The notes under the pieces were generated by a model, which saw only the letters and a list, made by a program, of their open reading frames with translations, was not told the origin of the DNA and searched no databases. This document shows positions 56,678 to 64,000 of a stretch of 64,000 nt of DNA, in pieces. The translations under genes were made by a program, and so were the position numbers. The stretch spans positions 4,227 through 68,226 of the IMG/VR virus record IMGVR_UViG_3300020577_001581; one strand, given 5' to 3'. Source of the DNA: a virus (Duplodnaviria > Caudoviricetes). Position 1 is the stretch's first letter; every line of letters starts with the position of its first letter.

Positions 56678-57169
56678 ATGTCGAATTTAACAGATGAACA
56701 AATAAAATATATTAATGCTATTGAAGAAGGTAAAAAACCTAAAACTATTACATATAGTGAACTAAACGCTAAAAACTTAAATAGACATCAAGGTCGTTTT
56801 GTTCTTATTGAGAATTTATATTTTCATACTAAAGGTAATGAACCTTTACACATACAAGAAGCTTACGAAAAATGGTTAGATAAAATTACAGAAGAACCAT
56901 ACATACGTAAAATTTCTGTTACGGTAGAACATAAAGAATTAGATCTAGGATGGATGACTAATTTAGCTTCTCATGTAATTATTTTAAACTTAGAATCTTC
57001 TTCTAATATTACTTTGTATGCTAGAAACAATGAAGGGATTAAAATACCTTTTGCTAAAATACATGCTAAACAATCATTACGTTATCGTCCTCTTAATGAT
57101 TCACAATATAAAATTTATATAAATGCAGACGGTTATGCAAATATTCGTATTATTGCTCTCCCTGAATAA
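56678..57169 (+). CDS. tail-associated protein
   Basis: Position; AAGGAG SD. Confidence 0.5.
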   Translation: MSNLTDEQIKYINAIEEGKKPKTITYSELNAKNLNRHQGRFVLIENLYFHTKGNEPLHIQEAYEKWLDKITEEPYIRKISVTVEHKELDLGWMTNLASHVIILNLESSSNITLYARNNEGIKIPFAKIHAKQSLRYRPLNDSQYKIYINADGYANIRIIALPE

Positions 57170-57193
57170 CATATATATAAGTGAGATAACGTA

Positions 57194-57931
57194 ATGGCAG
57201 AAGATTTATATGCTTTAACTCTTGATGATGTTAATACATTCAAAGAGTTAGTTGCTGAATATAAAAATCGTAAAACTACTCGACCAGTTTATGAATCAGA
57301 TGTAGACGATTATGCAGGTACAGCTCCACAAACTTACATAGTTAGAGCTCCTAAAGGTGGTATAGCAGGTATCAATCAAAATACTACAGGTACTGGAACA
57401 CCTGCATTATGGGATGATTCTATATCTGATGCTGAATGTCAAGTATATTATAAAGATGTATTTACAGGTGTTTTACATCCAGTAGAAGGAAAAACTTTAA
57501 TAGTAAATAATCCTTCACTTAATAGTATTCCTGAATATTCATGGGTATTAGTAACTCGTGATGCATACAATGATTGGTATGCTATTAGTGTTGTTGGTGG
57601 ATCTAGTAGTTTTCCTACTTCTCATATTGATATTACCTATGTTTCTGATTGGTCTGCTACAGGTTGTACAATATACTTACAAAAAACTACTGCTACAATA
57701 GGTATTAATTCTTTAGGACAATTAACTTTATCTACTTCTAATGCTACTACTAATCCTGCTTTTGGTCCATTACCTATAACAGGTAGTTTATCGTTTACTG
57801 TTCCTATTCCTTCTCAGTCTGGTTCATTTAGTGGTACTGTTGGATCATGTTCATATAGTGGTACTCTCTCAACAGATGCAACTAGTGAACTTATTAGTAT
57901 TACTGATTTTTCAGGTATTCATACTTGTTAA
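57194..57931 (+). CDS. tail tip/fibre-like protein
   Basis: Ser/Thr/Gly-rich C-terminus with Cys. Confidence 0.5.
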   Translation: MAEDLYALTLDDVNTFKELVAEYKNRKTTRPVYESDVDDYAGTAPQTYIVRAPKGGIAGINQNTTGTGTPALWDDSISDAECQVYYKDVFTGVLHPVEGKTLIVNNPSLNSIPEYSWVLVTRDAYNDWYAISVVGGSSSFPTSHIDITYVSDWSATGCTIYLQKTTATIGINSLGQLTLSTSNATTNPAFGPLPITGSLSFTVPIPSQSGSFSGTVGSCSYSGTLSTDATSELISITDFSGIHTC

Positions 57932-57948
57932 TATACTAAGGTGATATT

Positions 57949-58428
57949 TTGACTATTCATGCTACATTTGGTTTATCACCTTCTGATTGTCCAAGTTGTG
58001 GCTGTAATATATCTACATGCCCGTGTGATAAAACAGCTATAAATAATACTCTAACTGTAACTATAGTTTCATTTACTGGAGCAGGTGGATACACTTGTCC
58101 TAGTTTACCTGGAACTACTTTTACTATCCATCATACATTAGTTGGTGATCCATGGTTACAAAACAGTTTTAGTGGTGATTGTGCACCATTTAGTACTACA
58201 TTCGATTGTACTGATGGTAATTTTACCATAACTATAGTTTTTGCTGCTGACTTAGTTGCATCAGGATCAATATCATCTGCTGTACAATGTACTCCTACAT
58301 TAGAAGTAGATTTTACTCTTACGTTAGTATGGTCAGGCTTTAATGGTACTACTACATGTTGCGGATTCTCACCAGATACATTTACTGCAACAACAGTAGG
58401 AACGATATTAGTTAAGGTTACTGGATAA
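57949..58428 (+). CDS. Cys-rich virion protein
   Basis: CPSCGC...CPC, CCG. Confidence 0.5.
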   Translation: MTIHATFGLSPSDCPSCGCNISTCPCDKTAINNTLTVTIVSFTGAGGYTCPSLPGTTFTIHHTLVGDPWLQNSFSGDCAPFSTTFDCTDGNFTITIVFAADLVASGSISSAVQCTPTLEVDFTLTLVWSGFNGTTTCCGFSPDTFTATTVGTILVKVTG

Positions 58429-58432
58429 TATT

Positions 58433-59638
58433 ATGGGATTAACTTATATACCTGAGATAGATAAATACCTTAGTCATATAGAATTAGATATATGGGAAGG
58501 TAAATCTATATTACATCCTAACCTAGTTAAATACTATAAAGATTTATGGACTAAGGAATTTTATGATAAACATCCTGAATTTAAACATACTATTAACATC
58601 ACTGTAGGAAGTAATCATAACGCAACAGGTACGAGTATACAAGAGTCTACAAAATTATCTTCTAAATCATTTACTGAAGCTGATACTAAAATAGTTCCAG
58701 AATCTGTTGATATCAAACGTAAGTTAAAACTTATTACATCATGCTCCTATCGTATTCCTGGAGAGAATATAACATGTGGCTGTAACCACTATTGTACACT
58801 AAAAGCATTACCTGCACAATCAATGTTATGTTTATCTTGTGTAGAAAATAAATTATCTAAAATGTCAAAAGATGACATTACTAAATTAGATGAACAAAAA
58901 GGATATATGAGCAGAATTAAACGTCCTCTTTTTTGGGCTTATGGTGTAACTACTGTTCCTGGAAGAAGATCTAATACTCTCCCACGTACATTAGCTTCAT
59001 TACGTTTGGCAGGATTCTATGAACCTCGTTTGTTTATAGATGGTTGTTCTGCTATGGGAGCTGATTCATACGAAAAAGAATTCAAGTTACCTGTTACGTC
59101 CAGGGATAAAAACATACGTACTTTTGGTAATTGGTATCTAGCACTACATGAGTTATTTATACGTAATCCATTAGCTAATAGGTATGCAATATTCCAAGAT
59201 GATTTAGTTACTTATCGTAATTTACGTGGATACTTAGATGAATCACCGTATCCAGATAAAGGGTATCTAAATCTTTTTACCTTCCCTGTAAATCAAGAAA
59301 TCAACAAAAAAGAGAATGGTGATAAGCAAGGATGGTTTAAAAGTAACCAGATGGGAAAGGGAGCTGTTGCTCTAGTGTTCGATAGAGATGCAACATTAGC
59401 TCTTTTATCATCATTTCATATGGCTGAACGTCCTACAGATCAAACTAGAGGACATAGAGCAGTAGATGGAGCCATCGTTACAGCACTAAAACAAGTAAGT
59501 ATTTCAGAGTACTGCCATAATCCTAGTCTGGTTTATCACATAGGTGATATATCGAGTATGAATAATCCCAAACATCCTAATACACAATGTTTCTTAGGTG
59601 AAGAATTCGACGCAACTAACCTTTTAGAAAAAATGTAG
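58433..59638 (+). CDS. Cys-cluster protein fused to a C-terminal GT-A glycosyltransferase
   Basis: C..R...CGC..YC.LK...C..C, then VTTVP.R...L..TL.SL..AG, FQDD, HIGD.S. Confidence 0.65.
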   Translation: MGLTYIPEIDKYLSHIELDIWEGKSILHPNLVKYYKDLWTKEFYDKHPEFKHTINITVGSNHNATGTSIQESTKLSSKSFTEADTKIVPESVDIKRKLKLITSCSYRIPGENITCGCNHYCTLKALPAQSMLCLSCVENKLSKMSKDDITKLDEQKGYMSRIKRPLFWAYGVTTVPGRRSNTLPRTLASLRLAGFYEPRLFIDGCSAMGADSYEKEFKLPVTSRDKNIRTFGNWYLALHELFIRNPLANRYAIFQDDLVTYRNLRGYLDESPYPDKGYLNLFTFPVNQEINKKENGDKQGWFKSNQMGKGAVALVFDRDATLALLSSFHMAERPTDQTRGHRAVDGAIVTALKQVSISEYCHNPSLVYHIGDISSMNNPKHPNTQCFLGEEFDATNLLEKM

Positions 59639-59793
59639 TTCTTTTTTAAATAAAGGTATCTGCCGAGCGAACAATAGACAGGTACCCAAAATAAAACATG
59701 GGTAAGGTTTTGGAAAAACACAGGTAAGAATTCCAAGAAGGGTGTATATTTCGCATTGAGTACATACCCTCATTCTCTCCAGGAGTAGTAGAC

Positions 59794-60150
59794 ATGATCA
59801 AGCTAAATCAAATGTATGGTAAGGAAAATTCACGTGTACGAAAACAAAATAGGATATCTGAAAATGTAATCAGGTATAAACGGTATGGCTTCATCTACAG
59901 AACAATACTAGCTATCCTCAGCTTCCTATGTATCAATTTAATGACTTTGGTTATACCGTTTTTGTTTCCTCTCTGGTTCATTTGTTCTATCATTAGTGTA
60001 TTCCAATCTTACAAACTCAAAGGAGAGTTTAAGTGTACGTATTGCCGAAAGGTAGTTACTGTAACACAAGAAAGAACGTGTACATGTAAAAACTGTAAGA
60101 GTGTTTATGAGAGACTATCTAACAGAGATAATACTATAACACCCATTTGA
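59794..60150 (+). CDS. membrane protein with Zn ribbon
   Basis: Two TM segments, then CTYC...CKNC. Confidence 0.6.
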   Translation: MIKLNQMYGKENSRVRKQNRISENVIRYKRYGFIYRTILAILSFLCINLMTLVIPFLFPLWFICSIISVFQSYKLKGEFKCTYCRKVVTVTQERTCTCKNCKSVYERLSNRDNTITPI

Positions 60151-60522
60151 TGATTATTTCATTAGAACTCCTAAAACGCTATTAGACGCATCCTAAGCCC
60201 TAGATGGAATAAGACTCACCTAAAGAGCGATAGTCGAAATTAGGGGTATCCTGTAATCGGGAAACAGGCATCTAGAGAACTATGGAACTAGAGGTACAGA
60301 GAATGAGGTAGGTAGAGAGATGAGTAGAGAGATAGGTAGGGAATACTCTAATTATCGTATTATATAATATACCCCTATATAGTAATAATATATATATATA
60401 TTATTATATAAATAGAGTATCCCGTCTAAATATCTTATCAGTTTTCAGGATTAGACGCAAGTGAGAAAATAAAAAATCCCCTAGAGGAATACTCTAGAGG
60501 ATACTATATATTCTTATAAATA

Positions 60523-60777
60523 TTACTTGATATAACTAGGTATATATCTCCCAAAGAATTCATGAGATTTTTTATCGATTGCAGTAACAATAACTTTTAC
60601 ATTACACTTTTTCTTTTCATCATATACGCTAATCACTTCACCAACACAAACTAACATCCAATGATTATCAACAGGATCATACATATTACCGTAGTACTTC
60701 TTAAAGTCTTCTGAAAGTACTTTACCACTGGATACATACTTCATTACGTCTGCTAAGGTATTCAGATCAGCTACCAT
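60523..60777 (-). CDS. hypothetical protein
   Basis: GGGAGAG SD. Confidence 0.65.
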   Translation of the reverse strand: MVADLNTLADVMKYVSSGKVLSEDFKKYYGNMYDPVDNHWMLVCVGEVISVYDEKKKCNVKVIVTAIDKKSHEFFGRYIPSYIK

Positions 60778-60951
60778 AACTCTCTCCCAGGAATGTTTTC
60801 GACTACACTACTATATACGTCCAAAACTGGAAATAGTTTCAATAATTCTGGAAAGAATCTCGAATTATTTTCTGGTATGAATTTTTGAGGTACTAGAATA
60901 TGAGACATAGATATGATATAATAACTTTCGCTAAGACCGTGTGTAGGCACG

Positions 60952-60990
60952 ATATCCCCTATATAGCTTAATTGTTGTATAGGGGATATT
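60952..60990. terminator. terminator-like hairpin
   Basis: ATATCCCCTATA/TATAGGGGATAT followed by T run; ends approximate. Confidence 0.55.
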
Positions 60991-60995
60991 TTATT

Positions 60996-61229
60996 TTACT
61001 GGTTATTCAACTTCTTAATAAATTTAGTACGTTCTTTATGTATATACTTAAAATACTTCATAGTCTTTCTAAGCATTTTAAAATGTGTTTCTCCTAAACA
61101 ATAATAATGTTCGTCATAAAGTATTTCAGTAATTAAATTATGTAAATCTCCTATCGTTCCTTTATAAATAGATGTATCTGGATCAATTAATTCTAATAAC
61201 ACATTTCTTAACATCAAATCAGGCTTCAT
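60996..61229 (-). CDS. hypothetical protein, paralogue A
   Basis: MKPDL.L.NV N-terminus shared with neighbour. Confidence 0.65.
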   Translation of the reverse strand: MKPDLMLRNVLLELIDPDTSIYKGTIGDLHNLITEILYDEHYYCLGETHFKMLRKTMKYFKYIHKERTKFIKKLNNQ

Positions 61230-61445
61230 TTATTTACTCCTTTTATATTTCTTGTAAAAATTATTAACATCTTTTTTCATAGTATAAAAATACTTTTTAA
61301 GTAACCTTTTATATCTAAAATATCTCCATGATTGTTTAAAATTATAATATAATCCATACTCTGGATAAGTTTTTCTATTAGATATTCCTTTTATAATATC
61401 TAATATATCTTCTACTACATTTCCAAGTTCTAAATCAGGTTTCAT
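61230..61445 (-). CDS. hypothetical protein, paralogue B
   Basis: MKPDL.L.NV N-terminus. Confidence 0.65.
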   Translation of the reverse strand: MKPDLELGNVVEDILDIIKGISNRKTYPEYGLYYNFKQSWRYFRYKRLLKKYFYTMKKDVNNFYKKYKRSK

Positions 61446-61477
61446 AACTCTTCTCCAGGAAAATAGTAGAACAGGAA

Positions 61478-61951
61478 CTAGGAACAGGAATATCTACCTT
61501 CTGCATACATTTGAGCAGCTTCTAGGCTGGGTAATTCAATAACATATGCTTCTTCTTGTCCATCTGATCTTGTAATATACCTATAATCAGTAAGAACATA
61601 AGATTTACCAGTTTTCTTTTTAGCTAACTTTTTATCAAACGAAATACCAAATCTACCATCCCTAGAACTCCATATTTTAATATCACTATTACTAACTTCT
61701 TCTACATCCCATAATAGCTTACATATGTTAGGTACTCTCCTCCATTTCAGACTATCAACGTATGCTAGAGCATCTTTCAAAACAGGAAATATTTTTACTT
61801 CATTAGATGCTTTACCGTTTTTATCAATTACATAGTATTTCTCTTGAGGCATCTGCCATATAATAGTGAATACACCGTCTGGATCAATCCATAAGGTACG
61901 TTCACCATTGTCTAGATTAATCTTACGCCATTTAATAGTTGATTCGAGCAT
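61478..61951 (-). CDS. hypothetical protein with internal tandem duplication
   Basis: Two KWR...W...DG.F.I...Y...F/L..L..A..Y units; start set at 61951. Confidence 0.65.
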   Translation of the reverse strand: MLESTIKWRKINLDNGERTLWIDPDGVFTIIWQMPQEKYYVIDKNGKASNEVKIFPVLKDALAYVDSLKWRRVPNICKLLWDVEEVSNSDIKIWSSRDGRFGISFDKKLAKKKTGKSYVLTDYRYITRSDGQEEAYVIELPSLEAAQMYAEGRYSCS

Positions 61952-62084
61952 GTAAATCTTTCCCAGGAATAGTAAGGTGGAACTAGGTAAAGTATAGCAG
62001 AAATAAGAATATTTTTCACTACTACAAATTATACTAGGTATGTGATATATTAGATTATATGACAAATACTCACTGGAGGATAAA

Positions 62085-62405
62085 ATGAGTGTATTTGATG
62101 ATTTACATAAAGCTTATAAAAAGCAAGAAAAAGATGTAATCAAATATAAAAATAAGGAGAATATAATAGACCCTCAAACATGGATACCTATTGTAGAAGC
62201 TCCTAAAGACGGTACACATATATTATTACGTTTAGTGGTTAATGAAAAAGTATTGATGTGTGTAGGATACTGGAAAGAAGAACCATTACCTAAAGTAAGT
62301 AAATTTGTATTTAAAAGTTTATTAGATAATAAAGAGTATCTTGTTAATCCTTATCAAGTTGGTGAAATAACACACTTTCAATTGTTACCTGATACGGACG
62401 TATAA
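62085..62405 (+). CDS. hypothetical protein (DUF551-like W.P...APKDGT motif)
   Basis: WIPIVEAPKDGT.ILL...THF..LP; GGAGG SD. Confidence 0.65.
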   Translation: MSVFDDLHKAYKKQEKDVIKYKNKENIIDPQTWIPIVEAPKDGTHILLRLVVNEKVLMCVGYWKEEPLPKVSKFVFKSLLDNKEYLVNPYQVGEITHFQLLPDTDV

Positions 62406-62426
62406 CTCTTTCCCAGGAATATACAA

Positions 62427-62612
62427 ATGATAGCTATAGGAATGGAAGTATATAAAGTAGAAGGAAGTACAATAATAAAAGGTATTGTAGAAAATGTTGT
62501 AAAATCGAATTTTGTATTAGGTAATATACAAGAATTAGATTGTACTATATCAAATCCTACTCATTGGTGTAAGATACCAGAACCTCCTAAGAAAGAAACA
62601 AACGTACAATGA
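62427..62612 (+). CDS. hypothetical protein
   Basis: PTHW..IP.PP C-terminus. Confidence 0.55.
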   Translation: MIAIGMEVYKVEGSTIIKGIVENVVKSNFVLGNIQELDCTISNPTHWCKIPEPPKKETNVQ

Positions 62613-62735
62613 AGCTTTTGATAATGCTATTAATAAAATTAATAAAGAACAAAGTAATCTACATACCAGATTTGTATAAATTATGAAACGTAAAAAAGAA
62701 TTTGAAAAAGAAATTAATCAACAGGAAGTAAAATA

Positions 62736-63002
62736 ATGTATAAACAAGTTTATACTATAAATGATAATAATTTTATAGAAGAATGGTATACTCACCAATT
62801 TCTTAATCCTAATTATACTTGTACGTTATTTATACAAATACCTGGAGAATGGAAATATAAATTATCTCATGTAGTAGATCCTAAAGTAGTTTATCATAGT
62901 AAAGAAGAAGCATTAATGGAATGTGTTAAACGAATAAATGAAAATATAATTAGGTTACATAAAGATATTGTAGCTCTTGTTATGGAAAAACAGGATAAGT
63001 AA
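62736..63002 (+). CDS. hypothetical protein
   Basis: 88-aa ORF abutting next gene. Confidence 0.55.
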   Translation: MYKQVYTINDNNFIEEWYTHQFLNPNYTCTLFIQIPGEWKYKLSHVVDPKVVYHSKEEALMECVKRINENIIRLHKDIVALVMEKQDK

Positions 63003-63704
63003 ATGGGAAGGTCTATAAAACGTTTATCACTTAATAAATTATACAAAGTACCAGACCTTCCCATTCCTATTGATGATACATTCTCTTATCATAGAGAAGT
63101 ATTATACAAAATGGGAATGAAGCTTATTACTGATTTTTGTGACTTGAATAATGTAAAATGTCCTAATGTTACTTTGTATAATGATGGCTGGCCATTCTCT
63201 GAAGTATGTGCATTTTATAGACCCGATACACAAGATATTAAACAATGGAATCGGCCTTCATTTCCTCCAGGAATATGTATATACTTGCCTAAGTGTGCAT
63301 TTCCTTGTACTAATCTAACTGTTAGACAATGGAGCTGGCCTGCATCAGATATAGATAAAACACCTTATGGAGTGTTAGCTCATGAGTTAGGACATCATTT
63401 TGATTATGAATCAGGAAAGATAAAAGGAACATTCTATAGTGAATATAGCATTGAAGTATACAAAGAAAGTAAAGAACGTAGAATAACAAACTATGGTACT
63501 AGTCCAGCAGAATGGTTTGCTGAGATGTTCAGAGTGTATGTGACTAATCCTAATTTGTTGCTTAACCTAAAACCGAAAACTTATGTTATAATAAATCGTA
63601 GGTGGAAGCATTTACCTAAAAGATATTGGAGAGATGAATTAGGTAAAAATGTTCCCGATAAAATAGTAAACAATCTAATTAAAAAAGGAGCTAGACTACG
63701 ATGA
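63003..63704 (+). CDS. zincin-like metallopeptidase
   Basis: AHELGHHFD (HExxH), Y...SPAEWFAE.F. Confidence 0.75.
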   Translation: MGRSIKRLSLNKLYKVPDLPIPIDDTFSYHREVLYKMGMKLITDFCDLNNVKCPNVTLYNDGWPFSEVCAFYRPDTQDIKQWNRPSFPPGICIYLPKCAFPCTNLTVRQWSWPASDIDKTPYGVLAHELGHHFDYESGKIKGTFYSEYSIEVYKESKERRITNYGTSPAEWFAEMFRVYVTNPNLLLNLKPKTYVIINRRWKHLPKRYWRDELGKNVPDKIVNNLIKKGARLR

Positions 63705-64000
63705 TTCAACCAGGTAAAACAAAGTTTGTAGTGTATGGTAGTGAAGGAGTAGTAGGAAAATGTACACGAATGATATTACGTCATTTAGGATTTGATGTAT
63801 TTAGAATTGATCCTAAATTATATAATATGATTAATATTCATATAAACTCACCTAAATGGAATGAAATTCATGAAAATATATTTTCAATGTTTAATTTAAA
63901 TGAAGAAGGATATATACCTAAAGAAGATTTAATTTTTATTATTTGTATTCCTACTAATCTTGATCCTAAAACAGCTACATTAGATACTAATAAAATATTT
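63701..64000 (+). CDS. Rossmann-fold protein resembling the N-terminus of UDP-glucose/GDP-mannose dehydrogenase (truncated by window end; not in ORF track)
   Basis: AAGGAG SD; VVYGSEGVVG dinucleotide-binding loop, RID, FIICIPT......D. Confidence 0.55.
   Translation, partial: MIQPGKTKFVVYGSEGVVGKCTRMILRHLGFDVFRIDPKLYNMINIHINSPKWNEIHENIFSMFNLNEEGYIPKEDLIFIICIPTNLDPKTATLDTNKIF

Noticed and set aside
1-64000. Alternative genetic code (stop-codon reassignment)
   Set aside because: Conserved genes are full length in code 11 and pack tightly using TAA, TAG and TGA as stops
1-64000. CRISPR array, integrase/lysogeny module, transposase, intron or intein
   Set aside because: No regularly spaced repeats, no recombinase or transposase motifs, and no insertions in polA, terL or the helicases were seen

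Overview
This window is 64 kb of a strongly AT-rich tailed dsDNA phage genome. It looks like a siphovirus: tail tube, tail assembly chaperones and tape measure are present, with no sheath or baseplate. No integrase and no CRISPR array are visible. Layout: (1) 0.3-11 kb, replication/recombination genes (ParB-like protein, UvrD-like helicase, RuvC-like resolvase, family-4 UDG, an unannotated 58-aa CsrA homologue, PD-(D/E)XK nuclease, AAA ATPase, SSB-like protein, family A polymerase), with three tRNA-shaped RNAs whose anticodon arms are aberrant. (2) 11.6-21 kb, a DNA base hypermodification cluster (aGPT-Pplase/5-HMUDK-helical family protein, GT-B and GT-A glycosyltransferases, PIG-L deacetylase, HAD deoxyribonucleotidase, dUMP-type thymidylate synthase homologue, DUF3310, primase-helicase, dCTP deaminase). 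(3) 21-35 kb, accessory genes: two true tRNAs (Ile2-CAT, Leu-TAA), an adenine methyltransferase, terS, a promoter-rich early cassette, terL, a stand-alone MutS domain I, a C5 methyltransferase split over two overlapping reading frames, and Lar-like Zn-ribbon genes. (4) 35-59.6 kb, head and tail genes with an embedded fibre and papain-protease cassette and a terminal glycosyltransferase. (5) 60-64 kb, a structured non-coding region and small genes, ending in a truncated nucleotide-sugar dehydrogenase-like ORF. A Planctomycetota host is inferred, not shown. The top candidate novel system is glycosylation plus deacetylation of 5-hydroxymethyluracil in phage DNA. All family assignments come from recalled motifs; no database search was run.
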